NCBI RefSeq assembly: GCF_009914755.1
Contig: NC_060927.1
Length of the DNA: 64,000 bases
From: the human T2T-CHM13v2.0 reference genome, Homo sapiens
Strand: one strand, 5' to 3'
The notes under the pieces were generated by a model, which saw only the letters and a program-made list of their open reading frames with translations, was not told where the DNA came from and did no database searches. This document shows, in pieces, positions 1 to 13,100 of the stretch; position 1 is the stretch's first letter; each line of letters opens with the position of its first letter. The translations under genes and the position numbers were made by a program.

Positions 1-620
1 GTATTTATTAAGCATGTACTGTGTGCAGGCATTGTTTTGTGTACTAGGGATATACTAGTGAACAAGTCTTATTGTAGAGCTTCCATATGAAAGTAGAGAG
101 ACATAAAATATACAGGTTAGTAGATGCACCTAAAATATTTCAGATGATGATGGGTACTAAGAAGAAAAGTAAAGCTGAGACATGGTGCGGGTGGGTGGGT
201 TGGCTATTTTAGATAAGGTAGCCAGGGGGAACTTTCAGAGGGGTTGAGAGTTGAGAAGAGATGTTAACACAGTCAGAGAATGGATCATATGGAGGTTTGG
301 GTGAGAGAAACCCTGGCAGGGGAACAGTAAGTGAAAAGGCCTCAAGGTGGGAATATATTTGGTGTGTTTGTGGAACAGCAAGAAGGTCAGTGTGGCTGAA
401 ATATAGGGAGCGAAAGAGAAAATGATAAGAATTAAGATCAGAGAGGTAGGCAGAGATTAGATCCTATAATGTCTTCTAAGCCATATCAGGGAATTTAGAT
501 TTTACTCCAAGTATGATGAGAAGTATTAGAGAATTTAGAACAAAGGAATGCTGCAATACTAATTATATTTTTAAAAGATCAATCTGGTTTCTGCATGGAG
601 TGCAGATTATAAGTGGGAAA
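1..620 (-). mobile_element. L2 LINE 3' fragment
   Basis: Starts gtatttattaagcatgtactgtgtgcaggcattg..gggatatactagtgaacaag, resembling the reverse complement of the L2 3' end. Confidence 0.7.
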
Positions 621-1419
621 AAGTTAAGGACAGTAGCTAAAGGGCAAAGCAGAGTCAAGGGGGAGATATTAACTTAAAGCAGGAGATATTATTGAATGAG
701 TACTTGTTAATGGGAATGAGTCTTCAGTACAAAGGGAAGTAGAAAAGAAAACAATAGATGATAGGAGAAAGAGCGAGAATATAACTGCAGAGTCAAAGTT
801 CCTGGATAATTCAGAGATGTGCTCAAGTACACAAAAGAAGATGTTGACATGAGGTAGGAGCATGGTCCTCCATCCATTCTAACATGAAGGAAGGCTGAGA
901 ACATGAAGACAGTGCAAGAAGGTTAGATGAATTGATGTAAGAAGATAAGGGAGTAGTATTTTTTTAAATAAAAACTCAGTACCCAGGATAAAATTACAGA
1001 GCAAACTTCAGACATTGGTAATATTCCACTAAATCTGGAAAAAATCATAAAGCTAAAAAGACATGTATTAATGTTATTAAAATAAATACAGAAGTTATTG
1101 TGGTAATATATTTACTTCTAAAATATTAGGGGCAAAACTCAAACTCTGGTCTTGGTTTGCATTTTTCTTAAGAAAAGCAATAGAATATGAAACCAATTTT
1201 TGCTGTGATGTTTTGTGCTGCTGCGCTTTACCACCAGGAGGCAGAATCATCCATTGTTTTACTTCCATGGTGCTTTGCTTCCATCTGTAGTATGGGTACC
1301 TTAAAAAGCAAGCTTATTTTTAAACCTTTCTTTTTTCTTTTCAAGGACAGGAGGTGGATATGACATACTTTAGTGAATATAGTAGCTTCCATTGTTGAGT
1401 TTCTCCTGTGTTCAGACAA

Positions 1420-1570
1420 TGTGGTAGACATTTGACATGTGTCATCTCTTAGCCTCACAACCCAGCAAAGATGGGTTTGATTATCCCCATGTTTCAGATG
1501 TCAAGACTGAGGATAGGAGGAGGTTAAGTCATTTGTCCAAATTCACACAGGGAGAAGTGTTGGAATTTAT
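1420..1570 (-). mobile_element. MIR SINE
   Basis: MIR core ttatccccatgtttcagatg..actgagg..gaggttaagtcatttgtccaa. Confidence 0.7.
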
Positions 1571-1630
1571 TGTTAGAGTGAGATGGGTCTTACGGCCAAT
1601 ATCCAGGTGAGGAAGAGTAAGCTCCCCTTA

Positions 1631-1912
<282 letters not shown>

Positions 1913-2069
1913 TTAAGATAAAAAGGAATACCACATTGCTAGTGTTGCTGTCTCCTTCCCCACTGAAATCATTCTCCTCTTTAAAAGCTAAAGTCAAAAG
2001 CAACGATTTCCACAAAATTTTCCCTAATATCCTACTTTATATATAAGATTTCATTCGCTCCTCATAGCA

Positions 2070-2225
2070 TAATGAAATAGATGTTATACCCATTTTATAG
2101 GTGAAGAAACAGAGGCTTAGAGATGTTCAATGATCTGCCCTGGGTCACATAGCAAGTGTGTTCAAGACTCAGGATTTAAACTTGGGTCTGCCTGGCTCTA
2201 AGCACTGTGTTCTTAGCCACTAGCA
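2070..2225 (-). mobile_element. MIR SINE
   Basis: cccattttataggtgaagaaacagaggcttagagatg..ggtcacatagc core. Confidence 0.75.
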
Positions 2226-4146
2226 AGCTAGCTTCAATGTTGCACTTGTTTCCACACGATCTTGTTGACTCTAGTAGATACTACCCGTGCCCTCTATAAG
2301 AGTCAGGAGTTCCCATGACCATCTCTCCAGATGTTATACTCTGCGGGCAGGAATCATGACTTACTTATTTTTTGTATTTCCCCAAAGAGCTTGAGGCAGT
2401 ATCGAGCAAATGTAATGCTCACCAAGTGTGTGATGAATGAGCAAAGTGGCTGATATACTCATCTCCTGGGCACTGAGTACAGATAAGTGATGGTTATCAT
2501 CACGGACAACCCCTCATTTAAAAGGGGGCTTCCATCCTGAGGCCATATGAGCCCAGGAAATAGAAAAGGATGGGACTCTGCCAGGAGAGGCAGTCCTATC
2601 TATACAGCTTCTCCTAGTACTTGATACATCTTGACTGTACATTTCATGTTATCATTCTGATCCCACAGCAATAATCTCATTACAAATGATTTTTATTCAA
2701 ATGGCTTCTCTTGTTGTCTGTGCCTGTGTTATTGCTTGCCTTCCCCTATTCAGCTTATCCTTCTATCCCTTTCTATTCTGAAATAGCACATTAGTCCTGT
2801 TTTTGGCCAGAGGGATCCACACAATTCCCTCCTGAGATTATTCTCCATAACCACCATGCACTGCAAAATAGCTCTTGGGTATTTTAGATGAGCAAGTTCT
2901 GTTCTGTTCTGCCCTTACATACATGCTCCCAACCTCATTGGCAATCCTGCACCCACTTGGCCCTGCCCCAAAGCCTATCATTCTAAAGACAGATGCCAAG
3001 TCATTTTGCAGTCTGGTTCTGAAGTTAAGTGATGCTGAATAGAAGCTCCTTATGTTTTTTTGGTTCTTGAGCTTTTGCCTAAGATAAGCAAGTTTGATTT
3101 CCTCTTGAAAAGTATCAGGCAGATGAATTCTAAGAGTATAAAACAGGTGAATACCAGGGTTTATATTTCATTCTGCTGTGGGGGAAACCACTCTTACAGT
3201 TGCAGAATGGGGGTGGTTGGGGATGAGGAAAGTCTAATCCATAATAAACTGAGGATGAAGAATACATTAGTGGAAAAAATGGCAGAATGGAGATTGGGTC
3301 TTGGAGGTTACTGTGTTCAGACTCAATGGTATTGATATCATATTCTTGGCCATTAACTGCTAGATGCCTTACACACTCTACTGGATCTGAATTAATCCTG
3401 ATTTAGCCTCCTTCCTCCTTGACAAGAAGAGAGAGATATGGACATTTCTAATGCAAAAATGTCTTATGATCTTCATAGCAACATAGGTACTTGGCTCTGT
3501 TAGAAAACAGAAAAAATCATTCTAGAACAAAATTTATTATAATAATTATTATCATAGTTTCAATATCATTATTTTGTGAAATCATGTCAGAGAATTCTGG
3601 CTGGAAACAATGGAACATGAACCAGAACCTTTGAGCAGGCTTTCTCTGGCACAAAGCCATGATGCTGCTTGTTCAAACTCGCTGAGGCCATGTCCTTGGC
3701 CGATATGCCGAAAGTGGGAAATGATTTCCATGTTCCCCCCTCTCCTTATATCGGCACAGAGATGAAGTTGTGAAAAAAAAAAAAAAAAACACTTGATGAA
3801 AATTTGGAAAACAGAAAGAGGGATATTGTATCACTGCCTACCAGGTGAAGTTTCATTTATTATTATTATTATTATTATGGCCCAAGGAATCCCAGACTGG
3901 GATCAACATTATTGCCATACACTCAAGACCACCTCTTCTGCATTCTGTCTTTTCCAGTTCTTATTTTCCTGCTCTGTTATCATGGCTTTCTCTTGCCTGT
4001 GGAGTAGCATGGTTTATGTTGATACAGAAAGCAGAGATTCTGTGGACAATCGTAACTAATATGCTACACCAGCAGAGATGAACTAAAATGGGAAAGCTGC
4101 AAAGGGAAGGACTGTGACACTGGCTTTCTTTCACGTTGTGCTTTAC

Positions 4147-4198
4147 CTGCACATTCTGGGTTGTCTTCATTAAAGTTGATTGCAAAGTCATGAGAGAC
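4147..4198 (-). CDS. CPNE4: Copine-4 coding exon (52 nt, phase 0-1): VSHDFAINFNEDNPECA(G)
   Basis: Acceptor atcggtgtctag|GTC, donor CAG|gtaaag; in frame with both neighbouring exons. Confidence 0.95.
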
Positions 4199-5014
4199 CT
4201 AGACACCGATTAAAATTTAAAAAACAGGAAGAAAGAAGAATTACAACTTTAATCCAGTAAGAAGGCACTGGGGTTTAGAGTTTGCAAACAAATGCCCATT
4301 ATATTCATTATGTGTTAAGCAGCAGGAACCATTTCAAGGCTTTACACAATCAATATGAGATGGAGGGTGAATTCTAAGCTCCCTGTGGAGTTGAGGTGAC
4401 AGGAATATTTTCTAGAATCAGATAAATGCTGTCAGGAGGGGAGAATAAGGCTTATAAAAAAATCCAAGAAAAGATTTCAGAAAGATAACTTTGAATAGCT
4501 GCTAGTTAGAACTGGCCACAGACTGGAGGCTTAGATTTGGCTGAGCTCTATTTGGACCCAGTGATTAAAACAAAAATAAAAACAAAAAAACTCAATAACC
4601 CAAGCTGTCTGCTGAAGATAGCGATGGTTATAAAAGCTTCAGCTAAGCAGTTGACACTTAAGAATCATTAACATGATATGCAGAACTACAGGGCAGGAGG
4701 ATTTTCACATACCTACAGGTAAAACAGACTGCACTCTACTTTTGGAAACATAGTAAAGTAATATACTTTGTAATATTTCAACACAAATTCCTCTACCTGG
4801 CAGAACCTATGCACAAGGTCAAATAACATATTGTTTACTTTTTTCTTTCCGAAAACCTGATAAAACAAGATAGATGTTCTGGCATCTGGACATTTTTATT
4901 GAATCATTTGGTATTTTATGGAGAATTTCATTTCAAAGGATATTTCCAAGCTCTGACTCTTTTGGGTATCCATAAATTAGGTCACTGTGTTAAAAGACAC
5001 CTGTTTTCTTAGTG

Positions 5015-5447
5015 GGAGGTGATCGGTGATGCTCTCAGTGCTTATCCTAGTCCCTTGCTCTTAGCACTTCCAGGTAAGCCAGCTGACTTCAGTCATCTTA
5101 TTTGCTTTGTTTACCTTAAGTTTTTTCTTGGCCTCCAGGGCCTGCCTTGCTTGCCCAAGTGACAGGCTAAAAGTGACCCTTGGGAGTAATCAGTAATTAA
5201 CAGGAGGTGATGTATACATATCCCAGCTCCCTTATCCCTTGGGGTCCATGTGTGCTGTATATTGTCTCCTAGGGTTCTTCAGCAGAGTTAAGCACCAGTT
5301 GCCAACAGCGGTAACTGACTTGATAATATACTCTGTGCTGACTTCCACTTCCCAACCTCTATTGTGGTTTCCCTCACCTTTTAAATAAACTATTTGCATC
5401 CAAACCCTTGTCTCAAGATCTGTTTCTGAGAAAGTGCTAACTAAGAA
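5015..5447 (+). mobile_element. LTR16-family (ERVL) solo LTR
   Basis: 3' end aataaactatttgcatccaaacccttgtctcaagatctgtttctg..ctaag resembles the LTR16 terminus. Confidence 0.6.
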
Positions 5448-7119
5448 AGAGAGGTGCTTGTGTTTCAGTTTCAATGCATACTTTCAGATTTTGTCCTAAG
5501 AAGTAAATTGTGGCAACCTTGTAAACTCTCCTGGGGGCACCTGAGCTGCTCAAATCATCAGTGCTTGTCTGAGGAATGGGAGAAATTAGGGGACCCGAAA
5601 TGGGGAAATGTGAGAGATGCCTATTGAAACAAGAATAACCAGGGGATTTTGCTGACAGGAAGGATGGAGTTAGGGGATCAAGTGAACAAGAGGACTTCAG
5701 AAAACAGCAAGAAAGATTAGTTACTCCAGGAAGGGAACCAAAAAGATGTCATTAGTGAGAAAAAGGTATGGTGCATAGCTCTGTCCTCAGCCCTGTTGGG
5801 CCAACCTGAGGCTGGAAGACCACCTGGTGGGGATGTGGTGAAAACTCAAGAATCCCTGGGTAGTTGGGCTGATGGCTATTGAGCTATTCAGCAGCTCTAT
5901 GAAGAAAGTGGGCATTCACCTGTTTACATTCCCGATTTGAAGGGGCCTATATCTCCTCAGCTCCAGCTTATTCTTGTATCGGTCATCTTTTAATCTTAGT
6001 GTTGCCAGGCCTTTCAGGTTTTCAAGAGAAACCAGAAATCTGACATTTTATATATGCAATTGCTGAATTCGTTTTTTAAAAGTGTGTCAAATATAACATA
6101 TTTGTGGCCTGAATAATGTCTATAGGCCACCAGTTGATAACTCTTGTTCTATATTCTTTCTCTCCACAAGCTGTATTTCTAATAAATGCTTCTAGAATTA
6201 TGTAGCTATGCCCAGCAGAAAGGCCAGTGTGGAATACAAGGCAAGAAAGAAGGAGAACAGGTCAGGGAGACAAGCGATTCCATCCACTATTCACTCTAGG
6301 AGCAACAGGGATATTGATTTCCTCTTTCAAAAAGGATACCTAAGGGGAAAGCCCTTTATATGATGGCTCTAGTGAGGGAGCAAATGTCAGCATCTACCTC
6401 CTCACCTGTGGCTCAGACACAGCCAGTAAAAGAGAAATTGAGGATTGGGCAGTGTTGTTTGTACTTAGCTCAGACCTCAGAGGCACTGGTAAGGTGGAGG
6501 CTGGGAGAGGTACCCTGCTGTCTCTCCAAGGCCCTGTCCACCTAGTGGGCACGAGTTCTCTGTGGAGAATGTTCTACAGGAGCATCTAGAATATCACAGT
6601 AGTGTCTCAGCCTCATTACAGTGCAAATTTATCTACACACAATCTTTGCCTTTTTTCTGTCATGAGAAATCATTATCAAAACCAAATAGGATTCCAACGT
6701 CTTCAGAAGAACATTTCAGCTTCCCAATTCTCTAAGTCATAATAGTTCTTTCTTCAAAACTTCTCTGTGTCTCCCATACAAGACTTGGACTCGGAGACTT
6801 GGGATAAGAAAGTCTGTAGACTCCATTGTCACGGACTTTCCCAGTTGGCATTGCCAATAGAATTCTATTTCCTAGGGGATATACGAGTGAATAGGTTCTG
6901 AGCCCCTGGAGATCAACTTCTTGAGTGTTTTCTCAGACTCTGACCACATTTATAAGAAACTAAACAATGAAACTCTTCATCTGGACCTCTGAGAAGACCC
7001 ATCCAAAATACCAGGAGATAGGGTTTCATCAAGAGACGGGCCCTGGCGAGTTAATCTCACTGATTCTGAAGACAATTTCTGACTCTGTAGGCCCTACTGA
7101 CACAGTTAGGTCAGAGTCA

Positions 7120-7302
<183 letters not shown>

Positions 7303-7798
7303 TTATTCATTTAATGAGAAAGAAAAACATTAACCTACATTACTAGGTTGCTAGGCCATGTTGCTATGCCAGTGCTGACTCATGCTTCTTGATTGTCTGT
7401 GGTGATGGGGGTAGCAATAGCATGGATAATTAAAATCAAGAAACAGCCCCTTAAGTTCATTACAGTCATTAGTCTACAACTTCCTCCCTTAATTTTTTTG
7501 CTAGATTCTATACTAAGAAATAAAATGGCCCTACCCTTTCATCAATGGCCTCCACTTCAACTTTCAACTTTGTTTCCTTTGAAAAGTGACCATGAACTAG
7601 GTAACTGTAATGGTTGACTGTGTTAGAACCTTTTGTATGTATCATCTTTTAAAATACAAGGAGAGATAGTTATTCCCCTTCTGCAGGTGGGGAAATGCCT
7701 TGAGAGGTAAAGTGACTTGCCCAAGATCATGCCACTAATTAGAGCTAGAGTTCAAATACAGATAAGACTGAATCGAAATGGATATTAAAAAGCAATGG

Positions 7799-8095
7799 GG
7801 CCAGGTGCAGTGGCTCACTCCTGTAATCCCAGAACTTTGGGAGGCCGAGGTGGGTAGATCACTTGAGGCCAGGAGTTCAAGACCAGTCTGGCCAACATGG
7901 AGAAACCCCATCTCTACTAAAAATACAAAAATTAGCTGGGCATGGTGGTGCACTCCTGTAATCCCAGCTACTCAGGAGGCTGAGGCATAAGAGAATTGCT
8001 TGAACCCTGGAGGTGGAGGCTGCAGTGAGCTAAGAATGCACCATTGCACTCCAGCCTGGGTAATAGACCAAGACTCTATCTCAAAAGCAAAAAAC
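7799..8095 (+). mobile_element. AluS (Sx/Sz-like), full length
   Basis: Dimeric Alu with A-rich linker and tail; degenerate TSD aagca(a/g)tgg. Confidence 0.92.
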
Positions 8096-8554
8096 AAGCA
8101 GTGGAAAGCTTGTAAGTTTGGCTAATTTGACAGAGCTTGGTTCCCTCTACATGACTCATTGTGCCCACCACCTTATCACATACAAGCGGTGATAAGTTGT
8201 TTACATGTCTTTTCTTGTTTTTTGAACTCAAAGAGACCCTGTCTTTGGTATTAAAATCTTTATATCTCTACTGTCTTCTGCCTCAACTGCCCCCTGCCCC
8301 ACCATTTATTATAGAACTTGTCATGGAATGTGTGCTCAGTAGTTAATGAGTACATAATCCATGAATTTTAATTATTAAAATGTGGCTATGAAAAGAAGGG
8401 AGGATTCTTGTGAAAACCTGAGAGAATCACTTACATATCCTTTGGTTTGAGTTATCTTATGCACACTGGAGTTTCTCTCTTAATTATGCATTCACATATA
8501 TTGGATCTTAACTCTAACTTTACTGTACTATAGTTGACAGGATGGGGAAGAGAA

Positions 8555-8760
8555 TAATTAACATTTATTGATGCATACAATGTACCAGCCCCCTGCTAGA
8601 TGATGTATCTATTTATTAAATTCTCACACAATCCTGGAAGCTTCACCTACTTATTATTTCCATTTTACAGGTAAATAGAGCCTCAGAAAGGCTAAGTGGC
8701 CTATGGTGATTACCAAGGAGAATTGTGTGATTCCAAAGCCCATACCTTTCTGTTATACCA
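8555..8760 (-). mobile_element. MIR SINE
   Basis: acatttattg..ccattttacagg..ctcagaaaggctaagtggc. Confidence 0.65.
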
Positions 8761-10499
8761 TTATAATTTAATGATTATATGTAGTATTAAATGTGATTTT
8801 CTGCTAGTACTTCCAGTAATCTGGCCCCCTGCCTAGACAACAAATAAGACCCTCTTTAATCGAATAGTTGTGCTGTCGGGTGGCTGTCGCCATAGGGCTC
8901 TTGGCAAGGACGTGTCCTTCTCATGTCATCTACCTTTTATTTCTTCTCCCATTAAGAAATTAACTGAGATTTGTTCTTTGGAACAATTCCTACATTTCAC
9001 TGTTCTTGGTATATTCAGTCAATTCAGGTTAGGGCTCACTGTCCTAAACATCTATAAGGAAAAAGGGATGAGCCCCACTAATCCCCAGGCTGACAGAAAA
9101 GTCAAAGTAGCAAAGCTAGATTCTCCTTTATCACCACCTGACTGATTAAGAGCTCATTACTAGCCAATGATGGTTTTGACAAAACTTTACCAAAACATAG
9201 CCAATTGTATCAAATTTGGGGTTAGGGGCTGGGAGATACAAGGAAGCTGGAATTCTTTGAAATCGAAGTCTAAATTCTCCAGAAAATCACCAACTCCCAC
9301 TTCTCCTCACTGTTGGGTCAATCCAGGCTTTGTGGTGCATTGCATCTAGCAGGTATTAGATAAGGTATTAATGTGGGTAAATAGAGACTCACAACAGCTT
9401 ATGAAGGATTAGCTATAGATAGGAGAAAATATACTTCTGGGTCCTTGGACATACTGAAATACTTTGCCTCAGCAATTCCTCCTTAAACAAAACAAGCATG
9501 GGTAGGTGTGAGAAGAGATCTGTGCGGGGGATTTTAGGGTACTTTCTAGTTAAGCCTGAAGTAAGGCTTTTCTGGGTGGAGGATGGATCCTGGTCCTTCA
9601 CACTCGAGGATGACCCAGAAGTCAAAATAGAGAAACTGGGAGTCTCCACACCCTTATTTTCTTTTTTTGATGAGTTGAGGAGGGGTAAGCTCTAACATTC
9701 CATCCATTTCTAATCCCTATGGTGTTCTAGCGTTAATGATATTCCTTTTATACTTTCTAAGCCACTTTTGGGGATTCAATGTTTGCTGAGCATGATGCAC
9801 TGCTATGTAATCGAGTTTCAAGAGTAGGAAGGTAGGGAAAATGCCTCACCTACAAGGGGAATAATTAATGAGCCAGGAGGGATAAATTCTCTGAACTTAG
9901 CCACCAGAAAGCCTCTAACTAATAAACACACTAAAGAAAAAGTTTTAAGCCTAAGCACAATGGATTTAAACATCCATTATTTCTGTTTTAAAATAAAACT
10001 AGGCAGAGAAGAGTCTTATTATGCAAGAAGTAAAAGAAAGCAAGTTGAACACAAAAGAAAGCATCTGTATACTAACGCTTTAAGAATTCAAGATTGGATC
10101 CACTCAGCACCCAGCAAAGGGCCATTTAGCAACTGCTGGGAAAATGACTGACAAAGACAGACAATCTGGAAAATTGAGGGGTATATTACCACATGGGTAA
10201 AGGCAATCTTTCTTATAACCAGAATAAAATAGTATAAAATACAATAAAAAAAAACCCTACGTGCTTCAATGGTAATGAGTAAGCTGTCCTGACCTTCTTA
10301 GGGAATGACTATTGTCAAATGACCTCCAGATGGAAGATTTATTTTTAATCACCATTTTCTCCTTTCTGTTGAAGATTTTGAGATAAATCAAAACATTAAT
10401 AAACGTAAAGAAAAATTACTGTATCCATAAGGAAATGAAGCTCACAGCAATATGGCATCTCAGGGCACCTAGACATTTAATAAAAACTGTTCTCTGAAG

Positions 10500-11420
10500 C
10501 AGAGGTCTTAAAACTGGGGTACCTGGAAATGCAAAGCATTTCTGGGGATATGAGGACATGGCTTTTTTTTTTAAAGGGAAATCAGTATTCAGTTCCTCTA
10601 CATCCATATGTGTTTTTTGCTGAAATTGATATTCTGGGAATGCCTGTGATGGAGAGACCTGTTCTCCATTCATACCTTCCCTTTCACGTATCCTTCTCTT
10701 TTACCTATTCTGAATCTTAACCATCATAGTCCATTGCTCCAGAGTGTGAAAACTCTGTAGCATCATATACAAGAAGAATAATTCTAAACATGAATGATTC
10801 ACTAGGGGAAAAAATCCTTTTGCAAGTCAGGTAGTTGCCAAGTTTTGCTTTAAATAAATTTTGGCAGGTGCTGATGTCAGCTGGTAGTTCATTGAAGAAA
10901 ACGTTTTGATGATTGGCCATTATGTAATTTTTTTTGGTATATAACTTAAACTTGAAAGAATTGAGTAATACTGCTAGACAAGTTATTTATTTCCATACAC
11001 TTATTTATAAGAACAGGTTTTCTTAGTATTTACATTGATGATAAGAGCAAAAAACTGAGTTAGAATTGATGCTTGACTCTCCCATTCTAGTAATAGGTAG
11101 CACTCATCCACAGGTCTATAAACAAATTGGAAAAACACCCCATTATCTGTTTCAGTAAGAGCTGATTTCTGATAGGTTTTTATAGGCAAAAATTACACTG
11201 AAATTTCTAGTACATTTATGTTCTTTTGATCAATTATGCACTAGTAATAATTGTAATAAAAGCTCAGATTTTAAAAAATACTTTGAATCTTTTCATCTTA
11301 GAAATTTTTAGAAACTAAAAAGTTTTAAATTTATAATTTTATTACAGAAATATACAGTGATTATAACAGAATTTCAAACCAATTTTATTAAGATACATTA
11401 GGATAAAATTTTGGAGGGAA
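10500..11420 (+). mobile_element. hAT-Charlie (Charlie7-like) DNA transposon remnant with degraded transposase C-terminus
   Basis: 10870-11170 resembles hAT dimerisation-domain coding sequence (consensus ~LLPFPSTYLCEQGFS..RNRIDAE..IHP), with frameshifts and stops. Confidence 0.55.
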
Positions 11421-11839
11421 GAGAATGGAAATATAAGTCGATGAAAAGGAAGAAACAATTACAATTCTCAACTCACATTGAAGAGCTTGCTCATTTTTTA
11501 CAAAATGGATGATGGTGGATATCAAATAGTTACGGCATTTAGATTCCACTTGACTCAGTCACAAGAGTTATGTAAGAGTTTTATTATAAAATGTCCAAAC
11601 TTACAACACATTAGAATTTTCATTCTTTATCACTATATAAACTCATGATGAAAAATGTCAGATTTCAGTGAAAAAATGTGACAGCTATACATTTTAATAT
11701 TTTTTTTAAAAGTACATGAGCAAAAACATTTTAAAGATCATTGGTCCAAAGTGAACTTTAGAACTGACACAATAGTTCTGTCTCCCTTTGTGTTCAGATC
11801 ATTTTTGAAACATAAATCTAGGGTATTAAAGATAATCAC

Positions 11840-12060
11840 CTCTGACATTTATTGAGTATTTATAAAGGTAGAACCTGTGTTAGCCAGCTGCTTTATATCT
11901 AATCCTTATAACTGCTCTGCAAGGGAAGCGATACATCTTCAATTTACAATGAAGAAAACCAAGGCCCATAGAATGCAAATCTTATGACAACAGAGGTAGC
12001 AGAGCTGGGGTTTGAGCCCGGGTCTAACTGTCACCAGTTCCCCATGCTCTCTCTATCATC
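11840..12060 (-). mobile_element. MIR SINE
   Basis: acatttattgag..gaagaaaaccaaggccc..agagctggggtttgagcccgggtct. Confidence 0.7.
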
Positions 12061-12471
12061 CCTGTTGATTCTGTCCTCATAGAAGGCTTGTCTGGTCTAA
12101 TGATTCAGAAAAAGGAGAACAAATCCATCCACATTCTAATAACAACAAAGCTGAAGGCCAAATTCTGATCAGCCCAGAAATTATCATCCCCAGGACTCCC
12201 TCCTTGACCACCCCTCTTCCCACAAAGGACAGAGTTAGCCCTTCCCTCTTTTATACAGTTCCCATCCCGACACAGGGCAACACTTCCCCGGCCATGCTGG
12301 GCTGTAATTTATTTACACGTGTTTCTGCCCAGTGAGATTGTGGGCTACTTGGGGAAAAATTGTGCTTCATTAATTTTTCTGTCTTTACAGCTTCCCGTGA
12401 GGTGTTTGGGGCTTAAATAGATGCTGCATAGGACCTTAGCCATTGCATCTGAGCCATCTCTCATGATTTAA

Positions 12472-12632
12472 CACTGGGTCTCAACCCTGGATACCTAGCA
12501 GGATAAAGAATTCTAATTTCCAGGATGCACACCAGAGAGTTAAATCAGAGATTCTGGGGTGGGGTGCAGGTATCGTCACATTTTAAGGCTTTTCGAATGG
12601 CTTCAATGTACAGCCAAGGCTGAGGACCACTG
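12472..12632. mobile_element. MER5-type hAT-Charlie MITE
   Basis: Termini cactgggtctcaacc.. and ..gctgaggaccactg; internal aatcagagattctggggtgggg. Confidence 0.65.
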
Positions 12633-13044
12633 ACTGGTGTAGAGTGGACAAGGTAGCACGTGATTTGAACTGTCTTCTCATCACTAAGCAACTGCTCTAC
12701 ACTTGAAAATACCTGTCAGATTGGGTTTCAGTTCTAACTTTGTCTTCTCATACCATAACTAGTACATCATGGAGAAATGCTGCCTTGGTTTCTGATATCT
12801 GTCTCATTCTGTGATAGACACTTCCATAAAATGGCAATCCATATTTCCAAGAAATGTACACATTCAGTTTCTGTACTGTCTTGATAGCAGACAGACCATG
12901 CTTTTTATTAGAGAACATTTCAGGTTTTCAGAGACCCATATCCCTACTGGCCCCAAGGAAAAGATGTCACCTTGGCTTTGAGCAGACTAGGGAGACCAGG
13001 ATACAGGAGCTGGAGAAGTGCTACAACTTGAGCTTGTGTGGGCC

Positions 13045-13100
13045 TGTGTGTGTGTGTGTGTGTGCGCACATACATGCGTGTGTGTTTTTGTGTGTGTGTA
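13045..13100. repeat. Interrupted (TG)n microsatellite
   Basis: tgtgtgtgtgtgtgtgtgtgcgcacatacatgcgtgtgtg. Confidence 0.9.

Noticed and set aside
7735-7990. Alu-derived ORFs (also at 32660, 45350, 48109 and 63662)
   Set aside because: Typical Alu translation artefacts, not genes
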